NCBI GenBank assembly: GCA_051531975.1
Contig: JAOPTT010000009.1
Span: 192,001 to 256,000, forward strand
Direction: 5' to 3'
DNA: 64,000 bases
From: Spirochaetaceae bacterium
GTDB lineage: Bacteria; Spirochaetota; Spirochaetia; DSM-2461
Shown here piece by piece: positions 9,652-19,546 of the stretch. The notes beneath the pieces were generated by a model. That model made no database searches. It worked only from the letters and a program-made list of their open reading frames with translations, and had not been told where the DNA came from. Each line of letters opens with the position of its first letter. Positions within the stretch are counted from its first letter, which is position 1. The position numbers were made by a program, and so were the translations under genes.

Positions 9652-12600
9652 ATCTTTTCCGTAGTGTCTGTATTACTTCTTGTAACTGGTAATTATTATC
9701 TTCAAGTAGGAGTCTACTTTCATTTTTATCAATTGAAAAAAGTTCTTTTAAAATAGTCTGTGCTCGTTTTTGCAGTTTTTCATTTACACAGGCCACCTCT
9801 ATCATATAAGAACCTTCAACCTTCCCAAGCTGTATCATCACGCTGGATGATAATGTATTTAGAACCTTTTTAGTTGCTGTCCCGGCTTTCATTCTTGTTG
9901 AACCACATACAACTTCAGGACCGCTGTTTAGAGCTATGTGTTGATCAAAAAACTCTATTTCAGGGTATATATCACTTATTAGAATTGTTAGGCATCCAAG
10001 ATCTTTTCCTGCTGCTAAGGCTGAACGGACGTAGTAGGCTGTAGAACTTGCTGATATTCCAATAATAACATCCTCGGGTTTAGGTTTAATAAGTAATAAT
10101 TCTGGTATAGAACTTGCGTCTTCTTCATAGTTATATTCAATATCAAGGCAAGCATCTGCCAGCCCTCCGGATATTAAAGTAATTGAGTCCTCTTTTGGAA
10201 AACCATATGTACAATTAAGTTCCACTGCATCAAGGGCTGCGATTCGTCCACTTGAACCACAACCTACATAAATAAGGCGTCCTCCGTTACGTATGCGTTC
10301 AGTAATTAATACTGTACATAATGAAATTTCAGGGAGACTCTTTTTTATTGCCCTACTTGATTCCAGTTCCGCCTCTAAGAAGAGTGTTGATAACTCCAAA
10401 GGTGACATGTTTTGTAACTGTAGTGTAGGGTTATATACATCCTCAGTTCTTAGTTTAGAGTGATCCCCACCAAATCGAGACTTTTCTGAAACGGATTCTG
10501 AATGTGCAAGAGCTGCGGCACCGATCATCTGAAGTAAATTACCATCTTTTAATACCCGTAGTGTTGTTGTTGTTCCTTCTAACTGTTTCTGCAAATTAAA
10601 ACCAGCACGGTTACATGCTTCAACCAACCCTCCGGAAATAAGTACTTCATCTAGTTGATACATCAGCACTGCTATTTGAACTGCTTCACGTAGGACTTTT
10701 AAATATTTTTTCCTTTCGCTTTCGAAAGATGGAAGATTAAAAAATGCTACAAGATCACCCTCTGCCAGGTCGGAGAGGGCGCTTGCACTAATACGTTCAT
10801 CCATTGATTTCCCATCTAAATACAGAGATCCCAGTAGTGTATATTCCCCTCCAGGTCGCCAACGTCGTCCACTTTTTAATACAGAAAAACCTAAGCCGGT
10901 TCCTATTACCATAAGACCAGTATTACCTTTTGTTGATATTAGTGACTTTTCAGAAGCTCCAATAAGGGCTGCATCAGCATCATTAATCAGTGAAACAGGG
11001 CAGTTAAAAAAATGCTTTAACTTATCTATCCACCCGCTTTCGTTTAAAGGTCGTAGATGTGGTGAACATTTCTCAACGCATGTACCATGGTAGTTAACGA
11101 TACCCGCAGTTGATATGACTATTGCATCCACACGGTTACTTCCTAACATTTCTATTAGGCGTATAATCGTAAAAAATAAGTCATCGCTACTGGCTTTTTG
11201 TCCTAAAGGGCTTCTTACCTTCTTTGTCGGTGAAATCTTTTGTGGATGTACACCAACAGCAAGTGAGCCCTTAATCCAGCTACCACCAATATCGATTAAT
11301 ATATATTTCACTCTATTTTTTTTATATTTATTAGTCAGCTTTTTTACAATTTTATACTCATCTGTATATGCTTCTTCTGTGATTGAAGGATGTATAACCC
11401 AATCCCATTCAAGTATATTCATCTGTTTATTAAGTTTATCCTCATCTATCGGGTTACCTTCTCTTAAAGAACAACTACAAGCATCAAAAAATAGTTGCCA
11501 GCGTGGAAGGTGATATGTTAAATACATAGCGCTAAGATCTCTGTTTGCATAATCAACCAGTTCGTTGTTATCAAGGCTTCCCCATTTACTTATTATATTC
11601 CTTGCATCCTTCTCATAATATTCGATCTCATTTGTTGTTTCTCCTGTATTTCGCACTAAATTCAACCAGCTGTCTAATCTGAATTCTGAGCGGCTAGACA
11701 ATAGTGATGCAATATCCTTGATAAGGTCTTCAAACTCTATTCTATATTTATTAAAATCATTAATGTTTTTCTCTATATATGCTTTGTATATTTTTTTTCG
11801 TATTACACCTGAATGATTAACCAGAAATTCTCTTGTAAAATTCACCAGATCAAAACGGAATCTATCATTAGCTAAACAATTACTATAGGCAATACATAAT
11901 AGCTCGATTGCTTCTAGAAGAGTAGAATTATCATATCCTACAGTATCATCACCCCAAAGGCATGAACGGCCATCAAGTCCAGGGCGAGTCCTGATAAATC
12001 CTCCACAAAAAAGTTCAGGATTGGTATAATGGGAATAAATGGACTTATGTAGCAGGCTCCAAGCCTTTTTCACATTTTTGTCATCCTTTCCACACCGTCG
12101 TTCAGCATAAGATTGAATCCATTTTGAAGTGTCTATTGGTTCATCCTGCCATATCCTCTCTAATAAATAATCATAGACATGTGGATTATCATCTAAACCT
12201 TCTAAGGTTAAACCTATACCTGTCATAGTTTCTGTTCTACTATCAGTGAATGCTTTATTAAGTTTTTCCTCTATCAGATCTATTGGTCCAAGAAGTTTAG
12301 TTTGACCACCAAAATTTCCAAGATAACACCATAAGAAATTCTGAGAGTAGAAGCCATCAGTCTCTCTCCATAACTCTCTATTTTCACAATAATAATCCAA
12401 CATGATCAATTTATCTTTAGGTACTGCACTTAAATATGCCTTTACTCTTGGTGGTGTCCACTGCTCACTGTTATGGTAAAATAACCAACTCATCTGCAAC
12501 CAGACAGCATTGTTATTACTTTTTTTTAGAGAATTATAAATTGTCTCTGAGACTTCAGCTAGATAGTCAGGTTCCCAACTAGGAGGAATCAGTTCATTAA

Positions 12601-13480
12601 ATGGATCAGCTGCATAAACCTCACAATAGCCAAATTGTTTTTCCTGTTCTTTAAGAAATAGTTTCTGAATTTTATCAAAGTAGGGATCCTGTGGATCAAG
12701 AAACCATGTACTAAATTCCCTCTCAAAACCATTCCATGATTCCAATTGTTTGATACTTATTTCCGGAATGTATTTTGTAATCTCAAATGGGATATGCCCG
12801 CAGAATGCAGGTAGAACAGGGCGCATATTGAAACTCCTCTGTCGGGATAGAATCTTTTTCTGTAGTTTTTTTTGATTAATAATATAGCTCTCTGGAAGAG
12901 CGCCACCCCATTTATCTATAATTCCCATTCTTTGGAAGGGGAGATATGCTGGTCCAGTAAAAAAGTTAAGTATCTCTTTTTTACTTAAACCAAGTTGATT
13001 CCAGACTGTTTGCCAAATGGCTTCTTGTCCTGTTATTGCGAGTGGCATATTTATTCCATTAAGAGCCATCCAGTCTATAAGGCGTTCCCACTCATTCCAG
13101 CCCCAATATGGCATTGAATAGGAAAAAGTACAGTAATTCAAAAAAAATCTATCTTTTAATATTGATGATTTCCATACAGGTGTAGCTTGGGGTAGAACAT
13201 CTGGAACTTCTACAGGATTTTCTACTAACCAGCTTACCATGGTTTTACAGTCATATTTTAGATAGTGGTTTAATGCACAACATATCGATAGGTTATTATT
13301 ACCGGATAATACTATTTTACCGTTGTTATTACTAATCTCAAAATATTCATCATTATCATAGTTTTTTAATAGTTTTAATTCAAATCTTTCCTCATGCTGA
13401 GGTATCAGACGATGTATCATTTCACTTAAAGCCCGTTTGTCTTCATGCTCTGCTAAACTCTTATATATTTTAGTTTTCAT
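9650..13480 (-). CDS. Triple fusion: GH89 alpha-N-acetylglucosaminidase (aa ~1-720) + ROK sugar kinase (~724-995) + MurQ-like SIS etherase (~1008-1276)
   Basis: GH89: LNYCTFSYSMPYWGWNEWERLIDWMALNGINMPLA, DPFNE, GLTLEG. ROK: LIDIGGS, LINDADAALIG, IGTGLG. MurQ: GGRLIYVGCGSSGRIAALDAVE, GPEVVCGSTRMKAGTATKKVLNTLS. Confidence 0.88.
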   Translation of the reverse strand: MKTKIYKSLAEHEDKRALSEMIHRLIPQHEERFELKLLKNYDNDEYFEISNNNGKIVLSGNNNLSICCALNHYLKYDCKTMVSWLVENPVEVPDVLPQATPVWKSSILKDRFFLNYCTFSYSMPYWGWNEWERLIDWMALNGINMPLAITGQEAIWQTVWNQLGLSKKEILNFFTGPAYLPFQRMGIIDKWGGALPESYIINQKKLQKKILSRQRSFNMRPVLPAFCGHIPFEITKYIPEISIKQLESWNGFEREFSTWFLDPQDPYFDKIQKLFLKEQEKQFGYCEVYAADPFNELIPPSWEPDYLAEVSETIYNSLKKSNNNAVWLQMSWLFYHNSEQWTPPRVKAYLSAVPKDKLIMLDYYCENRELWRETDGFYSQNFLWCYLGNFGGQTKLLGPIDLIEEKLNKAFTDSRTETMTGIGLTLEGLDDNPHVYDYLLERIWQDEPIDTSKWIQSYAERRCGKDDKNVKKAWSLLHKSIYSHYTNPELFCGGFIRTRPGLDGRSCLWGDDTVGYDNSTLLEAIELLCIAYSNCLANDRFRFDLVNFTREFLVNHSGVIRKKIYKAYIEKNINDFNKYRIEFEDLIKDIASLLSSRSEFRLDSWLNLVRNTGETTNEIEYYEKDARNIISKWGSLDNNELVDYANRDLSAMYLTYHLPRWQLFFDACSCSLREGNPIDEDKLNKQMNILEWDWVIHPSITEEAYTDEYKIVKKLTNKYKKNRVKYILIDIGGSWIKGSLAVGVHPQKISPTKKVRSPLGQKASSDDLFFTIIRLIEMLGSNRVDAIVISTAGIVNYHGTCVEKCSPHLRPLNESGWIDKLKHFFNCPVSLINDADAALIGASEKSLISTKGNTGLMVIGTGLGFSVLKSGRRWRPGGEYTLLGSLYLDGKSMDERISASALSDLAEGDLVAFFNLPSFESERKKYLKVLREAVQIAVLMYQLDEVLISGGLVEACNRAGFNLQKQLEGTTTTLRVLKDGNLLQMIGAAALAHSESVSEKSRFGGDHSKLRTEDVYNPTLQLQNMSPLELSTLFLEAELESSRAIKKSLPEISLCTVLITERIRNGGRLIYVGCGSSGRIAALDAVELNCTYGFPKEDSITLISGGLADACLDIEYNYEEDASSIPELLLIKPKPEDVIIGISASSTAYYVRSALAAGKDLGCLTILISDIYPEIEFFDQHIALNSGPEVVCGSTRMKAGTATKKVLNTLSSSVMIQLGKVEGSYMIEVACVNEKLQKRAQTILKELFSIDKNESRLLLEDNNYQLQEVIQTLRKR

Positions 13481-13598
13481 ATGAACTCCTCTTATATATT
13501 CTTGTATTTTTATTGCTCTGGATTTAAAGTATAGATATCATTTTAGATCATATGGCTATATTGTATTTAGCAATTTCATTCACAATTGGGGGCAATTT

Positions 13599-14423
13599 AT
13601 GTCAATGTCAAAGTTAAAAGGAATCACTCCAACATATACAGCACCAAATGTTACTGTGCATCAAAACAGATGCCCTATAGAGAAATTTTCAGGGGCATGG
13701 TTTCTTAAAATACCTAAAGAGGTGACAACTGTAACTTTTACTCCTCCAGGGCATCTGCTTCATTATATTATTAAAGGTGAATATGTAGTTTTAATAGAAG
13801 GTAGGGAATATAAAGTTAAACAAGGCGATATTATTTATTATTATGGTGTGGAAGAAGTCGCAGCTATTAATAAGGCAGAGGCGGTAGAGTTTTATTCAAT
13901 ATCCTTTCATGCTCCTGATCTTAATTTTAATACTGGTGATAACAGGGTATTTCATGACCAGAAATTTATGAAGCCATTATTTGAAACTATTTATACTAAT
14001 AATAATATGCCGGGGTTACACTCTCTTATCACAATTTTTGATAACCTTTTTCAAATTATAGGCAACTTAATTATTAAAGAAACAATGTTAATTCAACAAC
14101 ATACGCACTCTGAGTTGTGGGATAGGGTTGAGCGTTATATAAAAGAGAATCGTATGTTTCGACTTTCGATTACAGAGCTATCTGAATGGGGTGGTGTAAG
14201 TGCATCATCCCTTCACCGTTCATGTATAAATCACTGTGGTGTGAGCCCTGGTAAAAGAATGAAAATGCTTCGTATGGCTGAAGCAAAAGGTTTAATACAA
14301 TTTACAGAACTTTCAATTTCTGAGATCTCTATAGAACTTGGGTATGAGAGACCACATGAGTTATCTAGGGAGGTGAAACACTTTTTTGGTGAATCTCCTA
14401 TGAGGTTAAGACAATCAATATAA
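13599..14423 (+). CDS. AraC-family transcriptional regulator
   Basis: Cupin-like N-terminus; C-terminal ISIELGYERPHELSREVKHFFGESP. Confidence 0.85.
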   Translation: MSMSKLKGITPTYTAPNVTVHQNRCPIEKFSGAWFLKIPKEVTTVTFTPPGHLLHYIIKGEYVVLIEGREYKVKQGDIIYYYGVEEVAAINKAEAVEFYSISFHAPDLNFNTGDNRVFHDQKFMKPLFETIYTNNNMPGLHSLITIFDNLFQIIGNLIIKETMLIQQHTHSELWDRVERYIKENRMFRLSITELSEWGGVSASSLHRSCINHCGVSPGKRMKMLRMAEAKGLIQFTELSISEISIELGYERPHELSREVKHFFGESPMRLRQSI

Positions 14424-14450
14424 AATAATACTGCAATACTTTCGAGGTTT

Positions 14451-15281
14451 TTATAGGGGAAGTGTTTTTCTATATTCCGATGGGGATATACTATTATGGC
14501 GTTTAAAAATACGCCAAAAATAATGAATAGAACTAAATCCACAATGTTCTGCTATCACCTCAATATTTAATGTACTGTTTAATAATAGTGCTTTGGCATG
14601 ACTTAGCCTTGTTATTAAAAGATCATTTAAAGGTGATACCAAAAAAAACTTTTTATATAGTACTGAGAAGCGACTGGAACTAAGAGGGACAAGAGTGGAC
14701 ATTTCATCTATTGTCCATTTTTTATCATATGATTGTTGTACTGTCATTCGAATATCCTGAAATACTGGTAGTAGTTCCTTCTGTCTTTCACTTAGGAAAT
14801 TATCAGATTTGTTATTAACTCCTCGGGCTATCTCAAGGAGAATTCCTCTAATCAGTAGATCAATCTTCTCTCTCCAGTAACTATCTTTAAGAATGCTCTC
14901 TTTTTGAAGTTCAAAAAATTGTGTTAATAATTTCACATCCTGAGTGAGTTTAATAGGTATATTTATTGGTATGTTTAACTCATTAATTAATCCCTCGATA
15001 CTTTCGTCATTAAATATAAACCAGTTGTTTTTAAAACATTTGTCTATTCCCTGATGCCATTGGGGGTAGTTTGGTGAATTAATTAGAATCTCTCCAGGTG
15101 TACCATCAATCACTCCTTTTGGGGTTTTTACTCTAAAGGCAGTTGTAAAGTGCATAAATACCCAATCCCCAAAACCATTTCTGTTTTTGTATGTATCATC
15201 AGCAGATCTATCTGGATAATTTAGAGATAAACCAATCATTTTTAAGTCAATCATAATTGTAATAATAAAAGGATAGTGCAA
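14451..15281 (-). CDS. AraC-family transcriptional regulator
   Basis: IAEHCGFSSIHYFWRIFKRHNSISPSEYR. Confidence 0.88.
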   Translation of the reverse strand: MHYPFIITIMIDLKMIGLSLNYPDRSADDTYKNRNGFGDWVFMHFTTAFRVKTPKGVIDGTPGEILINSPNYPQWHQGIDKCFKNNWFIFNDESIEGLINELNIPINIPIKLTQDVKLLTQFFELQKESILKDSYWREKIDLLIRGILLEIARGVNNKSDNFLSERQKELLPVFQDIRMTVQQSYDKKWTIDEMSTLVPLSSSRFSVLYKKFFLVSPLNDLLITRLSHAKALLLNSTLNIEVIAEHCGFSSIHYFWRIFKRHNSISPSEYRKTLPL

Positions 15282-15336
15282 ATTGTCAAGGGAATATGAT
15301 ATGTACTTATGCCTATGGTGGGACTATTGTTAGTAC

Positions 15337-17385
15337 ATGAAAAATAAAGAATTACGATTTAGACAGATACATCTGGATTTTCATACATCTCCAGTTATTG
15401 AAGGTATCGGAGAGCACTTCGATAAAACCAAGTTCCAGCAAGCTCTACTTGCAGGACATGTAGACTCTATTACCTGTTTTTCTTCATGTCACCACGGCCT
15501 AAGTTATCACCCTACTAAGGTTGGAACAGTACATCCTAATCTTAAAATAGACTTACTTAGAGCTCAACTAGATGCTTGTCACGAAATAGATGTAAAAGTT
15601 CCAGTATATCTAACTGCTGGAGTAGACAATCTTGCTGCAGAAGAACATCCTGAATGGAGGGAAATAGATAAAGATGGAAGTATTACCGGTTGGACATCAT
15701 CACCACTTGATCCCGGTTTTAAAACATTGTGTTTTAATTCTCCATATTTGGAATATTTATGCTCTAAAATAAATGAGGTTGTTACTTTATACCCTGAATC
15801 AGATGGAATCTTTTTAGATATTATATCGCAAAGTGAATGCTGCTGCCCGTATTGTATGGAGGTAATGAAAAAGAATGATCTTAATCCAACTATCAGGGTA
15901 GACCGACTAAAATGTTCAGAAATTGCATTGATCTCATATTATCAGAAAACAACTGAAGCTTGTAAAATAATTGATTCTAACATGCCTATTTTCCACAATA
16001 GTGGAAATATACCTGTAGGTAGAAGGGATATTTTTAAATATTTCAGCCATCATGAGTTGGAATCACTACCAACTGGAGGCTGGGGATATGATCATTTCCC
16101 ATTCACAGCAAAATATACAGCAGGACTGGAACAGGATTTTCTTGGTATGACAGGAAAATTTCATACTACATGGGGAGAGTTTGGAGGATTTAAACATCCT
16201 AATGCTTTAAGATATGAGTGTTCAGCTATGCTTGCTTATGGTGCAAAATGCAGTATTGGAGATCAGTTACACCCCTCTGGAATTATGGATGAAACTACAT
16301 ACCGTATAATTGGTGAAGCTTATAGTGAAGTGGAGAAGAAAGAGGACTGGTGTAATAACAGTAAAAATATTGCAGATATTGCTATACTGAATATCACTGG
16401 AAATCATGAACGACTGGATGGTTTATGGGATCCAAAAAGGGTGGAGCAGGCAGGGGACATTGGTGCCTCTAGAGTTCTTCTTGAGGGTCACTTTTTATTT
16501 GATGTAATAGATGATGAAATGGACTTTTCTAAATATAGAGTTATTATACTTCCTGATGATATTAAAACAGATCCATGGCTTAAAAATAAGCTTGATAAAT
16601 ATCTATCAAATGGTGGAAAATTGTTTATTACAGGTGAAAGTGGGGTTAATGAAAATGGAGAATCTCTGTTTGATATCGGTGGGAATATAGGTGCTATTAG
16701 CAAGTTCTCACCAGATTATATACAACCCCATAAGGATTTCTGTTCAAAGTTTTTATCCTCACCAATGGTTATGTATACTAAGGGTCGAAGGTTAAATGTT
16801 ACCCATGGGAAATCCCTTGGAAGAGTTTTTGATCCTTATTTTAATAGGGCATATAATCACTTTTGCAGTCATCAGCACACTCCCTTTTCTATGGAGCAGT
16901 CAAAATATGATTGTGGTGTATTAACAGATAATATTGTTTATATTCCACATAAAATATTTTCCCTATACCGTCTTTATGGTGCGGTAGTATATAAGGATTT
17001 TATTATAAAGACACTTAATGCCTTAATTAGAGAACAAAAAACTGTAACTGTTAACCTTCCATCTACTGCAAGACTTACAATTACAAGCCAGGATGCAAAA
17101 AGTAGAAAAATTATACATCTATTATATGGAAATACTGTTACTCGTGGTGGTGGTATGAATTTCATCGATGATACCGGTGAAAATGGCAAAGAGATCAAAT
17201 CTATAGAGGTTATAGAAGAACTTCTACCACTTTATGATATTGATATACAGATAAAAACCAATAAACCTAAGGCTGTATTGCTAGAACCTCAGCATAAAAT
17301 GATAGATTTTAAATGGAATGATAATCTACTTGATATTACTGTTGAAAAATTTACATGTCATCAGATGGTTGTTATACAGGAGTAA
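15337..17385 (+). CDS. Glycoside hydrolase, GH151-like (alpha-L-fucosidase-type, with GH42-like trimerisation domain)
   Basis: RFRQIHLDFHTS, CHHG, DGIFLDI, ELESLPTGGWGYDHFP, GMTGKFHTTWGEFGG. Confidence 0.75.
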   Translation: MKNKELRFRQIHLDFHTSPVIEGIGEHFDKTKFQQALLAGHVDSITCFSSCHHGLSYHPTKVGTVHPNLKIDLLRAQLDACHEIDVKVPVYLTAGVDNLAAEEHPEWREIDKDGSITGWTSSPLDPGFKTLCFNSPYLEYLCSKINEVVTLYPESDGIFLDIISQSECCCPYCMEVMKKNDLNPTIRVDRLKCSEIALISYYQKTTEACKIIDSNMPIFHNSGNIPVGRRDIFKYFSHHELESLPTGGWGYDHFPFTAKYTAGLEQDFLGMTGKFHTTWGEFGGFKHPNALRYECSAMLAYGAKCSIGDQLHPSGIMDETTYRIIGEAYSEVEKKEDWCNNSKNIADIAILNITGNHERLDGLWDPKRVEQAGDIGASRVLLEGHFLFDVIDDEMDFSKYRVIILPDDIKTDPWLKNKLDKYLSNGGKLFITGESGVNENGESLFDIGGNIGAISKFSPDYIQPHKDFCSKFLSSPMVMYTKGRRLNVTHGKSLGRVFDPYFNRAYNHFCSHQHTPFSMEQSKYDCGVLTDNIVYIPHKIFSLYRLYGAVVYKDFIIKTLNALIREQKTVTVNLPSTARLTITSQDAKSRKIIHLLYGNTVTRGGGMNFIDDTGENGKEIKSIEVIEELLPLYDIDIQIKTNKPKAVLLEPQHKMIDFKWNDNLLDITVEKFTCHQMVVIQE

Positions 17386-17402
17386 TATTTTTTCTTCTTA
17401 TT

Positions 17403-17446
17403 AAAGAGTCAATATATTCCGGAATACTGTTATATATTGACTCTTT
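17403..17446. terminator. Bidirectional terminator
   Basis: aaagagtcaatata...tatattgactcttt between convergent genes. Confidence 0.65.
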
Positions 17447-17460
17447 TTTATCAAATGAGG

Positions 17461-18513
17461 TTAGGAGTTCTTATTACCCCAGTCGTAAAAAGCTTGTAGT
17501 AGTGTAAAATATTTATCCATAGGCAGGTATTTAGGTACAGAGTTTCCAGTTCCTAAGGCATAGGATCCTTTAGCGGCTGTTCTTTCTAACATTTCATAAC
17601 ATCTATTATAAACTGCTTCTTTAGAGCTTCTAATAATGAAATCCACATCAATTCCACCCATTATTGATATTCTACCCTGGTATTTCTCCCAGGCATCCTC
17701 TACAGGCATTATTGCATCTTCATAGGAGTGTTTTCCTTCGTATTTTAAGTCATTAATAACCACATCCATTATAGGGTATATATTTCCACAGGAGTGAAGA
17801 ACTACAGGCCTGCCTGAATCATGTATAACATCAGTTATTTTCTGATGCCATGGGAAAAGCCAGTCTTCCATTTGTGATGGTGATAAAAATGTCTGGGTAT
17901 TAAAACCCCAGTCATCGTTGGATATACAGGCTCCTACAACTTCAAACTCACATATTTTTTTATAATATTCCACCAGACGAATTCCTACAGCATCAAATAG
18001 ATCTTTTACAAGCCCCGGTTCATCTATCATCATATAACTAAGATTTTCAAAACCTACAAGTGCAATTACATTTTCCTCAACTCCACCGGGACCACTGGCT
18101 ACAAGTTTCATACCATTAGGAATATAAGGCATTATATCTTCTATAAAAGACCAGTCTATATCTTTAACTTCCGGCCACTTGAAATTCTCAAACGATTCAC
18201 GGTCTACAATATCAGACCCGTCATTAAGGGAGTATGATTTTGATTCCTTCTGGTCGTGAACCACAAAAGTAAATTCTGCTGGAGACATTAATGTTGCATA
18301 ATCATATCCAGCATTATTAAATGCATTAATCATTTTAAACCGTCTCTGAAAATCTTCTGACCCTGGGGGGATTTCCATTCCCTCGGTTAACTTATCGTAG
18401 ACATCATCATTCATATAAAACTCAAATAGAACCGGTCTATCTGTTTTTTCCTGTTTTAAAACCTTAAGTAGATAGTTAAAGTCCGCTTTCCATTTTACTT
18501 TTCTTTTATTCAT
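17461..18513 (-). CDS. URO-D/MtaA-CmuA superfamily protein (not HemE)
   Basis: SNDDWGFNTQTFLSP, LHSCGNI, MGGIDVD, GTGNSVP. Confidence 0.8.
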   Translation of the reverse strand: MNKRKVKWKADFNYLLKVLKQEKTDRPVLFEFYMNDDVYDKLTEGMEIPPGSEDFQRRFKMINAFNNAGYDYATLMSPAEFTFVVHDQKESKSYSLNDGSDIVDRESFENFKWPEVKDIDWSFIEDIMPYIPNGMKLVASGPGGVEENVIALVGFENLSYMMIDEPGLVKDLFDAVGIRLVEYYKKICEFEVVGACISNDDWGFNTQTFLSPSQMEDWLFPWHQKITDVIHDSGRPVVLHSCGNIYPIMDVVINDLKYEGKHSYEDAIMPVEDAWEKYQGRISIMGGIDVDFIIRSSKEAVYNRCYEMLERTAAKGSYALGTGNSVPKYLPMDKYFTLLQAFYDWGNKNS

Positions 18514-18614
18514 ATAATGCTCCTCTAATTTTATATGTAATTATATTCCAGTAAGAATGTTGCTGTCTTTGTTTTTAATAAGTATAATTTGTTCTAACCG
18601 ATCTAATTTAGGAG

Positions 18615-19541
18615 ATGTTTATGCCTATTTATTACATGCAAAAAGAGAATTATAGTAGTCAGTTTAAAAATATTCATCCATTTGTTAGGCAGTGTGGTAA
18701 TAATAGAAGAGGCCGATGGAGTATTATGAATCGTAAACTCCTTGACTACCTATTGATATATGTTAAAGAGGGTGAGGGTATATTTTCATTAGATTCTAAA
18801 AGCTATAAGGTTAGATCTGGCGATCTATTTTGTATCCCTCCAGATGTTGTCTGTAGTCTACGAGGTGTTAGTGAGTCTATGGTTTGTCCCTTTGTTCATT
18901 TCGATCTTATTTATAGGGATCCAGAGAGTCACTGGGACTTTGTGATTCCAGAAAATACTACAAACCTTGAAAAATGGATTGAACATAAACATCCAATTCT
19001 TGAACCTGATTCCATTTTTCATAAATTAACTGGCCATCATCGGTTAGGCTCCTCTATTACAATTGGTAGTCTAATTGAGGATATATGTCATGATTCAGCA
19101 AAGATGTTACCATATTACCCCATTACACAGACGGGTCGTTTGTACCAGATTCTAGGGTTAATTTTAAAAGATAAAATGAATGAGGGAACTGATTTACAAT
19201 CTTTTGGAGACCGTTTTACCGGGCTTTCTCAATTTATTAGACTTAAGATACGTGAAAAAAAGTCCATGGATGATGTTGTTACAGTAAGTGATTGTGCTAA
19301 ATTTTGTAATCTCTCAGAAAGCTATCTAAGAAAAGTCTTTTCCAACTTTTATGGAATGTCTCCAAGAGATTACATTGTTAATATGCGTCTACAATATGCA
19401 AAGGAACTTTTACATTATCCAGAGTTCTCAATAACAGATGTGGCTTTAGCATGTGGGTATGAGTCCATTCATTCGTTCTCAAAAATTTTTAAAAAGATTA
19501 ATGGTTTAACACCAAGTTCTTATAGAATGGGGTTACTCTAA
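18615..19541 (+). CDS. AraC-family transcriptional regulator
   Basis: VALACGYESIHSFSKIFKKINGLTPSSYR. Confidence 0.88.
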   Translation: MFMPIYYMQKENYSSQFKNIHPFVRQCGNNRRGRWSIMNRKLLDYLLIYVKEGEGIFSLDSKSYKVRSGDLFCIPPDVVCSLRGVSESMVCPFVHFDLIYRDPESHWDFVIPENTTNLEKWIEHKHPILEPDSIFHKLTGHHRLGSSITIGSLIEDICHDSAKMLPYYPITQTGRLYQILGLILKDKMNEGTDLQSFGDRFTGLSQFIRLKIREKKSMDDVVTVSDCAKFCNLSESYLRKVFSNFYGMSPRDYIVNMRLQYAKELLHYPEFSITDVALACGYESIHSFSKIFKKINGLTPSSYRMGLL

Positions 19542-19546
19542 TTTAG

